Assembly (NCBI RefSeq): GCF_009914755.1
Contig: NC_060934.1
DNA: 64,000 nt
From: the human T2T-CHM13v2.0 reference genome, Homo sapiens
Direction: 5' to 3' (one strand)
A program made the position numbers and the translations under genes. Shown here piece by piece: positions 27,461-41,500 of this stretch (position 1 is its first letter; each line of letters opens with the position of its first letter). The notes beneath the pieces were generated by a model, which did no database searches, was not told the DNA's origin, and was given only the letters and a program-made list of their open reading frames with translations.

Positions 27461-30400
27461 ACAAACGGGGAAAGAAAACGCAGCCACTGCCTGAGAAGGA
27501 GGCTGTGTGTCGGCTGTGGAGACACCAGCGCAGCTTCCCAGGAATTGGTTAGATCTTGGCCTCCTTTCCGTGCAGTGGTGGAAATAAGAGGAATGGAAGG
27601 CTGCTGCCTTGGGAGTGACGGCTCTGGGATTGGCCCCACCGGGCGGTGGGTGGATGGGGCAGACTAGGAGCCCTTCCTGGGAGGGTCACAGAATGAGCTA
27701 GCCAGAGTGACCCTTCTCTCTATTCACGGTCTTCAGTGTTGTTTCCTCCAAGCAGGGACAGAGTTGTTCGGTTGGAGAGTGGGAAGACTTATTTCATTCT
27801 TTTAAAATTCAGCCTGGAATCTGGGAGCAAGGAAACTTACGCATTAATGCAGCATGTCAGGAGAGCTGCCAGAATGTGCAGCCCCACAGCTGATTTCCAC
27901 AACTTATCTTGGCAAAAATACTTCCAACCTGTCCCAGGATTCTGTCATGGAATCCCTGCTATATGAAAGCACCTGAGGAGAAGGATGCAGGGCCCGGAAC
28001 GCTTCCCATTGCCCAGAGGCTGGTGGTTCTACCTGTCCAGAGACTTGTCCCCACCCCACGTAACTCAACAGAGAGATGATCAGACTCGTGTCTTCCCTAG
28101 GGGTGGAGGCCGTTGGAACTGTGTTCATTCTGCTAGAAATGCGGGCGAGGCTGCGGTCACCCCTGCTAGGCAGAGCCTTGGCTCCATGCTCCATGAGGAC
28201 CAAGGAAGAAGCTTCTCAGGCCCCTTCTTTCTCCACATTCCAGCAGATCTTCGCCCCCTGCAAACACCCCCCACCTCTTCTAGGAGCCTGCAGTGGGGAC
28301 TGGCTGCCAATTTCTGATCGGATGCAGACTATTCACCACCAACCATCCCCCAGGCAGGGCAGGTTTGACATTCACTTGGAAGACAAAGCAAGGTAGTCAG
28401 GTGTGCTGCCCCTAGACCTCGAGGAGGGACGTGGACATTATCTCACTTTCCGCGGAGGGGGCAGCAGTGGAAGCCACTGTGGTGGAGGAGAGTGGCCACC
28501 TGCTGCCCAGGCCCCCACCTAAAATTGCAGTATAATTATGGACTTGCGGGTCTTTGTACAGTTCCCGGCTTCCGGTAAATATTAATGGGTTGCCTTTTAT
28601 TCATTTAGCTAATGTTTTTGAAAGATGGCCTCAAACAAAAAGATCATATCTGTATGTTGTGCTTTAATTTATTTTCACCTTTTTTTCTCCTTTGGAGACC
28701 CCTAGTGTATCATCACTTTGTTTACCACAAATTAAACCGGGGCTGATTGTTTACCAGACTGTGGGCCTCTGTGCATTGCTCCACACTCTCCCTTTTTTTT
28801 TTAATAATCACAACCTGGGATTCATTTGCGAGAGGCCCTAATCTGCATGAGAATTATACAATTAACTTTTGATTAACCACCTAGTTCTTTTGGAAACCAT
28901 GGTGTATAGGATACTCTGCATTTAAATAATTTTCCTTAAATTGGGAGCAGGCCTTTCATTAAGCTGGTGAATGCTGAGAAGATAGAGGCTGGTGGTTGAC
29001 TAAACAACAACATTCGGAGATAATCAGGGTCAAAACAATAGGTAAGACGGCAGGGCCAGAATGTCATCTTTAAATATAACAGTGGAGATAAAGGCCCCCA
29101 GATTGCGCCTTATCAAAACACAAAAAATCAAAGCGCTCTCTTGTCTGTGGCAAAATGCGGAGGCCCCAGCGATGTGGGGGAGAGCATTGTCTGGCGGCCA
29201 CCGAAGCAGGATTTGCATTCGGGGGTCTGCCTAACACACGTTACATCACGTAGGGCACTTATCTCTGAGCCTGACAATAATTATCGGGAAGAATATACTC
29301 AGAATGACTTTTTTGTGATTTTTATGCTTCCCCAACACAAGGAAGGGGAGATAACAGCATTAGGAGGAAGGGGAGAGTCTCGGAAGACTCTCCCAGGAGC
29401 TGGTTCTTCGATTAAATTTGCTCTGCCACTCCGGTGCCGCTGAACAAGTGGGAAGAAAGCCGGCAAGCCTTTCATATAGGGTAATAATAGTCCTGAACAC
29501 AGCCTTCACCAAAAGATAAGATCCATTGTCGAAACAAACAAAGGAGCCGTATTCAACAGCACTGGAAGAATATCTATGAGCAAAGTTTTAAATCCTCTTT
29601 CTGTCTCCTTCTCTCCTTGCTTGTACCTTGCACCTGGTTCTGCAAGAGGCTGGTTCTGCCGGGCTCGGGTAAGTGCACGCTGTCGGAGCCTCTAGTCCAA
29701 AGGTGCCTGGGAAAGGCAGGGCCTTCATCTCGGGGGTCACTGGGGGTTGAGTGAGGACTTTCTGAGGTCAAGGTCGTGCTCTTCCTTCCGAGAGTCTCAC
29801 ATTCCTTTCTTCTCCAAAGTCCTCCAGAAGAGACCTTGATCTCTGATCTGAGACCCCAGAGACCTGGCAGAAGCTCACATGAGAAAGAAGCAGTCCAGGC
29901 AGCTTTTGTGTGTTCGCTCCTACTTGGTCTTGTCAGACTTCCTGGGCATGCAGAGTCCCCAGGTGATTATTTTTCCTCAAAACAATTATTCTGCTTCCTT
30001 CTCCCTACAGGAAATACTAAGCAACCAGTGTCCAGTCTCCAACTCCAGCCCAGCATCGTTTAAACACCGATGGAATGTCCCTTACAGATAAAGCCCCGTG
30101 CTTCTAATTAGCTGCTTTGCCAGAGCCTTCTGTGCTCAGAGTGAATAGAACATGATAGTAATTGTAGACCTTTTGCCCTGCATCCTTGACCAGCGTCCTG
30201 GGGGTTGGGTGTATCCTATTCGCTAGCCTTACAGGAAGTTGCGCCCTGGGACACCGAGAGGGACTCTTCTGGTTTGATTTTAGATGAAGATACCGTGTGG
30301 GCCTTTCCCTACTAACCAAAGAGAATTACAGAGAGTTAAGATTTGATCCACGGGAGTTTTGTTCAGCCTGTTCAGCTCTTTGTCTTATTCCAGGGACACA

Positions 30401-33400
30401 AACCAAGGCCCTTTCCTGGCCGTGGGTGGAGGGATTCCCTGAACGCACTGACTGGGGGTTCTGAGCTGCTGTGTTAGGTGGGATCGGGGTAGGATTCCCA
30501 GGCAAGGGTTGGCTGACAGTGGGGCCCGAACATGCAGAACAGGAGGCAGTGGGCCTGCAGAGAGACCTGTCATGGCAGACCAGGGACAGCAGGGTCCTGG
30601 GTTCTTGGCACACACAGTGGAGGGGGGGGGTGGCCAGGGCAGGTGGAGGGCAGAGGGCAGAGGGCCCCGCTACGAATGCAGAGAATGGCTCGGAGACTCA
30701 GAGAGTGGCCAGCCCAGAAGGGAGAAGTGAGGACCTTGTCTTTCCACAGATGGACTGTGTGGCCTCCTGTAAACCCCTTTGCTTTCCTGAGCCTCAGTTT
30801 CTCCTTTATACCTCCTGGGGTTTCTCATAGCAAGTGCATCTGGTTGGCCCTAAAATTTGGCTGGGGCAATTAGAGGTTTCTGGGAGCTTCCTTCTTTGGC
30901 AACTGGTTTGCCCTCCTGATGCTTTTTGGGGCTGGGGGGTGGTTCAGAGCACACAACTGAACCTGTGGGGCAGCTCCCTCGTCTGCAAACCTTGTCCACA
31001 GCTGTGCACAGTGTGGCATAAGCCAGCAGAGGCAGGAAGAGAGGTGACTCCCAGCTGGACACGGGCAGTGGCATCTGTGGCATCTTCCTCCGGGCTGGCC
31101 CTCAAGCCTGACCCCGTCTGCAGGCATTAGGAGCTGGGAAGGGCCGCTCTCCACTGCCTGGTGTAGAGAATCCACTCTGTTGTATCCAAAGTGGCTGACA
31201 GAAGGGAGGAGGCAAAAGAGCCCTTGGTGAGTGCGTTTTCCACTGGAGCTGGAAGGGAATGGGGTGGATGCGGTGTCTGGGGACCAGGGTGCTTCCATGC
31301 CTGGTATTTCCCCACCATGCAGCCTGATTTTCAGAGATTTACAAGAGTTCTTAATGAGCAGGGGCTGTCTGAAGCCATCTGCACCCATGCCCCTGCCCTC
31401 TACAGTGACTCTTTCTGCAGCGGGGGCTTTTCCTTCCCAAGGAGGCCTTTGTCCCGCCCAGACTCCATGGCCAATCAGGCCTGCCGTAGGTGAGTGACAC
31501 CGAGTCTGCATCTGACTCCTCAGAGCTCCATCCAACCCGTGCGCGGGGACAGGGCTCAGACTGCAGAAGTTAGCTTCGGCCACACTTAAAAAAAATAAGG
31601 TGAGCCATGAAATTTGATGTTCACAACCTTCTTGCTGGGGGTGGCTGATGTCGTTTTAACATTCAGAGAAAGATTATGTTCACAAATTCAACATGTCATT
31701 TTGGATTCTTAGTTCATTGGGCATGGGGGTCAACCTTCCCTGTAGTTTGTCGTGAGCGATGAAAGACTAATCATTCCTATGCTCTACCACATCCTGTGGT
31801 CTGGCCTTTATGAAAGTGAGGCTGTGCGTGTGCTATGTGGGCTGGACATTCAGAATGTGGGTGTTTGGAGTAGGAAGACGGGAGGACAGTTGGGGAAGTA
31901 GATGCTGCCTGTTGGGCTTGCTGATGGCTGTGATGACCCCATGCAGCTGGAAAATGCCTGCTGGACCTGGCTTTGACCTTCAAAATTAGGGGGCGGGTTC
32001 CCACGCACCAGGTGGGTGGAAATGCTCACAGCAGAGGATGAGGCGGCTGGATGCCAAGCCTATAATTAAAAAAGGGCTTTGCAGATGGGTCCTTTTAACT
32101 CATCTCCATCTTATAAACACTGAGAAGATATAGGAAGGGCAAAGTGGAGACTAGGAAGATTACAGTAATATAGCTTCTCGGCTAATTGATTAGCAATTAT
32201 GGCTGGTAATATTGTTCATTTTAATTGTGTTTAATCTCTATTTTGGTAATAAAGATTATTGTTTTGGATTATGACTTTGTCCTACTATACTAATTAGTAA
32301 CTTGTGAAATTAAAGTGTATATTTTCACATCCTGAAAAAAATTCACAACCTGCTCTTATATAATAGCTTCCCTTTCTGAACAGACCAGTTGTTTGGGGGT
32401 GTTTTGTCCTTAACATCTTAGAAGGACTGAATTTTGACAAGCAAAGTATGTGATATTTGGCCAGTTGACCAAGAAATAGAGGATTTATTTTAAAAAGTCA
32501 TGTTTTTAAGGGAAGGAAAGAAACAGAAGATATTGCCAGAAATAAATCTGAAAAGTGAGAGAACACAAGTAGAATTACTTGGAAAATGGATTTCTAATTT
32601 TCCAGAGGAGGTGTCCCTAGAGTCAGGCCTGCTGCTCTTGACTGATTGCAGTGGCAGAACCCCACCTCAGAGCCCTGCACCCCACTTTTCCACGGTTACG
32701 CCTGCAGGCACTGCCTGGTCTCCTCCCTCCTGAGACAAACGTCGGTTTGACACATCTATTGCTTGTGCTTAGATTTTTTTTTCCCCACAAACTTTTTGTA
32801 TTGAGTAGCCCACACTTGCAGCTACCATTTCCTCCCCACTGCCTCATCCTGACTCTTGTAGAGCAACCACACTCATGGACCTTTCCCACAACCCACCCCC
32901 AACAAAGGCATTTCCCCAGGTCACATTCAGGATCTCTACAAGCCGTTGACCTTATGTGTCTCCCTCTCCTGACCCTGGCCTTCCAATGCAGCCATGAGCT
33001 GCATGACAATGTTTCAGTCAACAACCCAATGCTTGCACCACCGTGCTCCCATAAGATGATACTGGAGCTGAGCTGAAAAGTCCTATTGCCTGGTACCAGT
33101 GTGGCCCTCATGACGCCTGTGCAACACCTGACTCGTGTTTGCGGTGATGCTGGTGTAAACAAACCTCTTGTGTTGCTGGTCATTTGAAAGTCTAATGCAC
33201 CCAATTATGTCCAGTACATAATACTTGCTAATGATGATAAACGACCATGTGACTGGCTTATGTATTTACTATATTATGCTTTTATTATTATTTTAGAGTG
33301 TACACCTTCTACTTATTAAAAAAAAAAAAGTTAACTGTGAAACAGCCTCAGGCAGGTCCTTCAGGAGGTGTTCCAGAAGAAGTCATTGTTATCAAAGTCT

Positions 33401-33845
33401 TCTGTGATGGGGTGACAGCTCCATGCCTGTTATTTTCCCTCAAGACCTTCCAATGGGACCAAATGTGGAGGTGGAAGACAGGGATATTGATGATCCTGAC
33501 CCTGAGTAGGCCTAGGCTAATGTGTGTGTCCGTGTCTTAGTTTTTAGCAAAAGAGCATAACAAGCAAAAAAAAAAAAAAAAAAAAAATTAGAAAACAAAA
33601 AAATGCTTATATAATAAGGATATAAAGAAAGTATTTTTGTATAGCTATACAATATGTGTTTTAAGCTAACTGTTATTACAAGAAAACATGAAAAAGTTTA
33701 TAAAGTGAAAAAGTTACAACAAGCTAAAGTTAGTTTATTGTTGAAAAAAGAAAATTCGTTTTTATAAATGTAGTGTGGCCCAAGTATACAGTGTTTATAA
33801 AGTATACAGTAAGGTACAGACATATCCTAAGTCTTCACATGCATG

Positions 33846-34365
33846 CACCACTCACCCACTCACTCACTCACCCACGCACCCACCCACCCACCAACCCACT
33901 CACCCACTCACCCACTCACTCATCCACTCACCCACCCACTCACCCACTCACTCACTCACCCACTCACTCACTCACCCACTCACCCACCCACTCACTCACT
34001 CACCCACCCACTCACTCACCCACCCACTCACTCACTCACCCACCCACTCACTCACCCACCCACTCACTCACTCACTCACCCACTCACCCACCCACTCACT
34101 CACTCACACACTCACTCACCCACTCACCTACCAACTCACCCACTCACCCACTCACCCACCCACTCACTCACTCACTCACACACCCACTCACTCACTCACT
34201 CACCCACTCACTCACTCACTCACCCACTCACTCACTGACCCACTCACCCACCCACTCACTCACCCACTCACCCACTCACCCACCCAGTCACTCACTCACC
34301 CACTCACCCACTCACACACTCACTCACCCACTCACCCACTCACCCACTCACTCACTCACTCACCC
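33846..34365. repeat. About 520-bp imperfect (CACT/CACC)n tetranucleotide VNTR
   Basis: Continuous cactcacccactca... tract. Confidence 0.97.
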
Positions 34366-34390
34366 AGAGGAACTTTCAGGCCTCCAAGTT

Positions 34391-34722
<332 letters not shown>

Positions 34723-35192
34723 TAATAAGTGCACGATAGAGGTACCCCATTAACAAAAATCTTCTATACCATATTTTTGCTGTACCTTTTCTATGTTTAG
34801 CTATGGTTAGATACACAGAAACTTACCATCGTGTTCCAGCTGCCTACAGCATTCAGTCCAGTACCATGCTGCATGGGATTGTAGACTAGGAGCAATAAGC
34901 CATACTATATGGCCTAGGTGTGTAGTAGGTTATACCATCTGGGTTTGCGTAAGTATACTCTGTAATGTTTGCACAGCGACGACATCGCCTAACAATGCAT
35001 TTCTCAGAAGTTGTCTCTGTTATTCAGGGACAAAAGCTGTATAGAGTTTCCTGAGTATTATTATACTGGACACACTGCCCCACCTCTACACAACTGTTAA
35101 AATGAATGTGTGTTATAAGGGTTCAACATACTCAAACCATTGTTGACAATTGAGAGTACTTTTCAGTCTTTTTTTTTTTTTCTGACACAGAT

Positions 35193-35416
35193 CAAGGGTT
35201 GGAAAACTGTTTTTTTTTTTTCTTTTTTTTTTTGTGGGTCAGAGAGTGAATACTTCAGGCTTTGCAGGTCTCTGTGGCATCTACTGAACTCTGCTGTTAC
35301 AGCGGGAAAGCAGCCATGGGCACCACCTGAGTGAATGTGTGTGGCTGGTGCCAATGAAACTCTACACACACGCAGGAGGGTGGGCTTGGCCCACAGGCTG
35401 TAGTTTGCTGACTTGG
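35193..35416. mobile_element. MER58A-like hAT element
   Basis: caagggttggaaaact ... ggctttgcagg ... aaagcagccat ... ggctgtagtttgctgac. Confidence 0.75.
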
Positions 35417-38400
35417 ATATAAATATTTACATGTATAAGTAGTATATAAGTGTGATTAATTTCACATTACAATGGGAGAGTTTGTCTTTGTCAATCAAGT
35501 TTATTTCTGAATATAATGTTAGCAGTTGTACAGTGTCCTGCTCCAAACATCTGTCATTATTTTATTTTCAGAAAGATTGTAGCAATTTATAATTTCACTG
35601 GTGGTGCATGAGAACACTGGCCTGTGCCTACAACAGGCAAATTGTTAAAAAAAAAAAAAGAAAAAAGCAAAGGTGTTGCTAATTAGATAGGGATCTGAGA
35701 TCTTATGGAATTCTGCCTGGTATTTTTTGCTTGTTCCTGCCTGTTACTTTAATGGTATTGATCACAGTACCTTAGAGTTAATCGATTCGCTCTGAGACGT
35801 GTAGAGTGCTTTATGGTCTAGAAAGCCATTCCCTGTGTGTTTTCTCACCCAGTTCCCTCACGTTGCTGTAGGGAAACGCAACCTCATCTCCATTATCCAA
35901 CAGCATTAAAGCTTAGTGAGCATCTCAGATACAGAGGCTGACATACGACTTGAGTCTGATCTTCTGACCCTGAATCCTGCACTTATTTTCACAGCAAAGC
36001 TTAAGTCACTGGGCAGATACTTCCCTCCAGAGTGACTTCCTTTGCAAACAGACTCGTCAGTTTTCCTGTTGCGCCGTGTGGCTAGGATGTGTCCGTGACA
36101 CACCACGGATCATTGCCACACAGGAAAACAGAGCCGCTGTTTTTTTATGGTGCACTTCCTAGCCGCACACCTCCTCAGGGGCTCCCCGGAGACATCACTG
36201 TTAAAGGTCCCCCAAGGCTGACCTTGTTGTGGGCAGTGGACCTCAGAATCCCACCTTGGTGTCTGGACCTCCCTCTGGCTCCTGCTCTCCTATCTTCTCC
36301 ATGTCCTTGCAATTTCTCAGAGACACGTGTCAAAAAGGTGTCACAGCCACTGAAACAGAGAAGATGCAGTTAGACTAAAACCCTTTAAAAAAAAAACACC
36401 AAAAGCATGGGAGCTTTGTGCAGTTTCCTCTCCTCTGCAGCGTATCAGAGCACTTCCTCTTCCCGATGAGCCCCTTGAATGAAAGCTTGAAAATGGTACC
36501 CGGAGGTGAAGCTGGCGCGGACATCAACTGCCAGAGCTTCAGGGAAGAAAGCGGTGTGCTCTGCCCTGAACCTCCCTCTGACCGTGGAATTGAAAATGAA
36601 TCACATTCCTAATAAATGTAATCCCACAAACTCTGAATGAACAGTGCTGAGAGCAGGCGCTGGCATGAGCGAGCACTTCGGCAAGAGCCCTGGCTGCCTT
36701 CAGGGCGGCCAAGCCGCCCCTTCCTCCCCTGGAACGATGACTACGTGTGTTGTGCCATGCCCTTGCAAAGCCCCACAGGTCCCTTTTGTTTGGGCAATTT
36801 GCATTTGTTAGACAGTGTCTGAGCATGTGGAATCCAGCTCCTAAACACATTTTTGGAGGCATCTTTCAAGGGTATGACATTGCAATGGGCTTTTGTGCTA
36901 AGAACCATAAGTGAAGGGCAGTGGGCTACTCCTGACCTCTGCAAACATTACGGTCAGGAGCTCACTTCTATTTGGGAGAATCTTTTTTTTCTTTTTTTTT
37001 TTCCCCCCTCAGCACTTATGCCAGAACCAACTGTATTATAGGCCGTCTAATTGAGACTTGGCAGCTGACAGCCCAGATCAAAGGCAGCTCAAGCCCAGAT
37101 CTCGGATCCCAGGCCAGTGGGCACTTAGTGTGTCTCAGAAGCAAAGCGTCCCTCCCGCTTTCCAGCTGTTCATGCCAACACTGCTGCCTCAGCATCCCCA
37201 CCGGCTGAACCATGGGCTGCTCCACCATCGGTTCCAGAAAGAGCCACTTGTGAGCTATTAAAGACAGCAATGAAGTGCCTCAGTGACAGCAGTGATGCAG
37301 GGAAAGATGGAGGAACCATCCGGGAAGGCGTTCTCCTTTTTCCACTGCGCTGAGTCTGTGAGCAGGAGCACCCAGCCAACCAGAGGCAGGCGGGGAGGGC
37401 CCCGGTGGGAGTGGGCGTGTGGGAGGGATGGAGGATTCCTTCAGGGAGAAGAGCATAAAAAGAACATTTCATAAGTTCACAGGCAATAGATGTCAACCAT
37501 GTTCTCAGATGTTTACTAAGCCAAGAATCCTATATCCAAGGAACACAGAAAGGAGAGCCAGTTCCCAGTTTAGTAATAAGAACACAGCTACTTGGTAGAA
37601 GTGAAAAACCACCAAGAGGATGCCTTAAGGATTAAATATGTCAAGTAGTTCCATTTGGGCTCATTTCATCCATTTTCTGAATCTCAAGCTCCTTGTCTAT
37701 AATAAGCAACTCTAACTATAATTGCAAACACACAGGCGCACGTGCACACACACATCCCCATACATGCACACCCATCCAGTTAGCATAGAGAGGTTGCACA
37801 CTGGTCATTTGGGAAATGCAAACTAAAACCACAATGAGACACCACTTCACCCTCAGTAGGAGGGCCTCGTGTCTAGCTTCCATGGAGAGAAGGGGGTCGG
37901 AATAAGTAACTCCACTGTGTAGGTTGGCATCCATTCTGAACTAATTCTTGTATATGGCGTCTAAAAGCTTGAGCAAGTATGCACTGGGCTGGCCAGGTGC
38001 ATCTCGAGAATGACATGGCTCAGGGGGCAGTCTGCGGGGCTGGGTGGGCTATGCTGTGTACAGGAGGAGAAGTGTGGGAATGAGAGAGACATGGTCTGCC
38101 AGGGTAGAAGGTACTGGTATGAAGAGGAGAGTTGGGAGCCACCTTGCAGTGCCTCAGAGAATAGGAGCTTGTGGGTTCCCAGGGATATTGGACAGGTAAG
38201 TACATTAGGAATCAGTTTATCAGCAAAGTGCTAGATGTTCAAAGGGAAAAGGGCCTGATGAGACTTCTGTCTGCTCAATGCCACTTTTTAAAAAACTTTT
38301 ATGTTTATTTTTATTTTATTTTCTTTTATTTTATTATACTTTTAAGTTCTAGGGTATATGTGCACAACGTGCAGGTTTGTTACATAGGTATACATGTTCC

Positions 38401-38537
38401 ATGTTGGTTTGCTGCATCCATCGACTCATCATTTATGTTAGGTATTTTTCCTAACGCTATCCCTCTCCCAGGCCCCCACCCCGCGACAGGCCCCACTGTG
38501 TGATGTTCCCCACCCTGTGTCCAAGTGTTCTCATTGT

Positions 38538-41500
38538 TCAGTTTCTGCCTATGAGTGAGAACATGCCATGTTTGGTTTTCTGTCCTTGTGACAGTTTGCT
38601 GAGAATGATGGTTTCCAGCTTCATCCATGTCCCTGCAAAGGACATGAACTCATCCTTTCTTATGGCTGCATAGTATTCCATGGTGTATAGGTGCCACACT
38701 TTCTTAATCCAGTCTAGCATTGATGTGCATTTGGGTTGGTTCCAAGTCTTTGCTATTGTGAATAGTGCCACAATAAACATACGTGTGCAAGTGTCTTTAT
38801 AGTAGCATGATTTATAATCCTTTGGGTATATACCCAGTAATGGGATCACTGGGTCAAATGGTAATTCTAGTTCTAGATCCTTGAGGAATCACCACACTGT
38901 CTTCCACAATGGTTGAACTAATTTACACTCCCACCAACAATGTAAAAGTGTTCCTATTTCTCTACATCCTCTCCAGCAACTGTTTCCTGCCTTTTTAATG
39001 ATCGCCATTCTAACTGGCGTGAGATGATATCTCATTGTGGTTTTGATTTGCATTTCTCTGATGGCCAGTGATGATGAGCATTTTTTCATGTGTCTGTTGG
39101 CTGCATAAATGTCTTCTTTTGAGAAGTGTTTGTTCATATCCTTTGCCCACTTTTTGATGAGGTTGTTTTTTTATTGTAAATTTGTTTAAGTTCTTTGTAG
39201 ATTCTGGATATTAGCCCTTTGTCAGATGGGTAGATTGTGAAAATTTTCTCCAATTCTGTAGGGTGCCTGTTCACTCTTATGGTAGTTTGTTTTGCCGTGC
39301 TGAAGCTCTTCAGTTTAATTAGATCCCACTTGTCTATTTTGGCTTTTGTTGCCATTGCTTTTGGTGTTTTAGTTATGAAGTCCTTGCCCATGCCTATGTC
39401 CTGAATGGTATTGCCTAGGTTTTCTTCTAGGGTTTTTATGGTTTTAGGTCTAACATTTAAGTCTTTAATCCATCTTGAATTAATTTTTGTATAAGGTGTA
39501 AGGAAGGGAGCCAGTTTCAGCTTTCTACATATGGCTAGCCAGTTTTCCTAGCATCATTTATTAAATAGGGAATCCTTTCCCATTTCTTGTTTTTGTCAGG
39601 TTTGTCAAAGATCAGATGGTTGTAGATGTGTGGTGTTATTTCTGAGGCCTCTGTTCTGTTCCATTGGTCTATATATCTGTTTTGGTACCAGTACCATGCT
39701 GTTTTGGTTACTGTAGCCTTGTAGTATAGTTTGAAGTCAGGTAGTGTGATGCCTCCAGCTTTGTTCTTTTTGCTTAGGATTGTCTTGGCAATGTGGGCTC
39801 TTTTTTGGTTCCATGTGAACTTTAAAGTAGTTTTTTCCAATTCTGTGAAGAAAGTCATTGGTAGCTTGATGGGGATGGCATTGAATCTATAAGTTACCTT
39901 GGGCAGTATGGCCATTTTCATGATATTGATTCTTCCTATCCATGAGCATGGGATGTTCTTCCATTTGTTTGTGTCCTCTTTTATTTCGTTGAACAGTGGT
40001 TTGTAGTTCTCCTTGAAGAGGTCCTTCAAATTCCTTGTAAGTTTGATTCCTAGGTATTTTATTCTCTTTGAAGCAATTGTGAATGGGTGTTCACTCATGA
40101 TTTGGCTCTCTGTTGGTCTGTTCTTGGTGTATAGGAATGCTTGTGATTTTTGTGCATTGATTTTGTAACCTGAGACTTTGCTGAAGTTGCTTATCAGCTT
40201 AAGGAGGTTTTGGGCTGAGATGATGGGATTTTCTAAATATACAGTCATGTCATCTGCAAAGAGGGACAATTTGACTTCCTGTTTTCCTAATTGAATACCC
40301 TTTATTTCTTTCTCTTGCCTGATGGCCCTGGCCAGAACTTCCAACACTGTATTGAATAGGAGTGGTGAGAGAGGGCATCCTTGTGCCGATTTTCAAAGTG
40401 AATGCTTCCAGTTTTTGCCCATTCAGTATGATATTGGCTGTGGGTTTGTCATAAATAGCTCTTATTATTTTGAGATACATTCTATCAAAACCTAGTTTAT
40501 TGAGAGTTTTTAGCATGAAGGGCTGCTGAATTTTGTCAAAGGCCTTTTCTGCATCTATTGAGTTAGTCATGTGTTTTTTGTCGTTGGATCTGTTTATGTG
40601 ATGGATTACGTTTATCGATTTGTGTATGTTGAACCAGTCTTGCTTCCCAGGGGTGAAGCCAACTTGATCGTGGTGGATAAACTTTTTGCTGTGCTGCTGG
40701 ATTCGGTTTGCCAGTATTTTATTGAGGGTTTTTGCATCAATGTTCATCAGGGATATTGGTCTAAAATTCTCTTTTTGTGTGTGTGTGTCTCTGCCAGGCT
40801 TTGGTATCAGGATGATGCTGGCCTCATTAAATGAGTTAGGGAGGATTCCCTCTTTTTCTATTGATTGGAATATTTTCAGAAGGAATGGTACCAGCTCCTC
40901 TTTGTACCTCTGGTAGAATTTGGCTGTGAATCCATCTGGTCCTGGACTTTTTTTTGGTTGGTAGGCTATTAATAATTTCCTCAATTTCAGAGCCTGTTAT
41001 TGGTCTATTCAAAGATTCAACTTCTTCCTGGTTTAGTCTTGGGAGGGTGTATGTGTCCAGGAATTTATCCATTTCTTCTAGATTTTCTAATTTACTTGCA
41101 TAGGGGTATTCACAGTATTCTCTGATGGTAGTTTGTATTTCTGTGGGATCAATGGTGATATCCCCTTTATCATTTTTTATTGCGTGTATTTGATTCTTCT
41201 CTCTTTTCTTCTTTATTAGTCTTGCAAGCGGTCTATCAATTTTGTTGATCTTTTCAAAAAACCAGCTCCTGGATTCATTGATTTTTTTGAAGGGTTTTTT
41301 GTATCTCTATCTACTTCAGTTCTGCTCTGATCTTAGTTATTTCTTGCCTCCTGCTAGCTTTTGAATGTGTTTGCTCTTGCTTCTCTAGTTCTTTTAATTG
41401 TGATGTTAGGGTGTTGATTTTAGATCTTTCCTGCTTTCTGTTGTGGGCATTTAGTGCTATAAATTTCCCTCTACACATTGCTTTAAATGTGTTCCAGAGA

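Noticed and set aside
36420-36620. Polypyrimidine tract plus CAG (36440) followed by open sequence, a possible exon
   Set aside because: No convincing donor, no recognisable peptide and no partner exons; unsupported without RNA data
39535-40984. Reverse-transcriptase ORFs as a novel retroelement or retron-like system
   Set aside because: They are frameshifted pieces of ordinary LINE-1 ORF2 within a TSD-flanked L1PA
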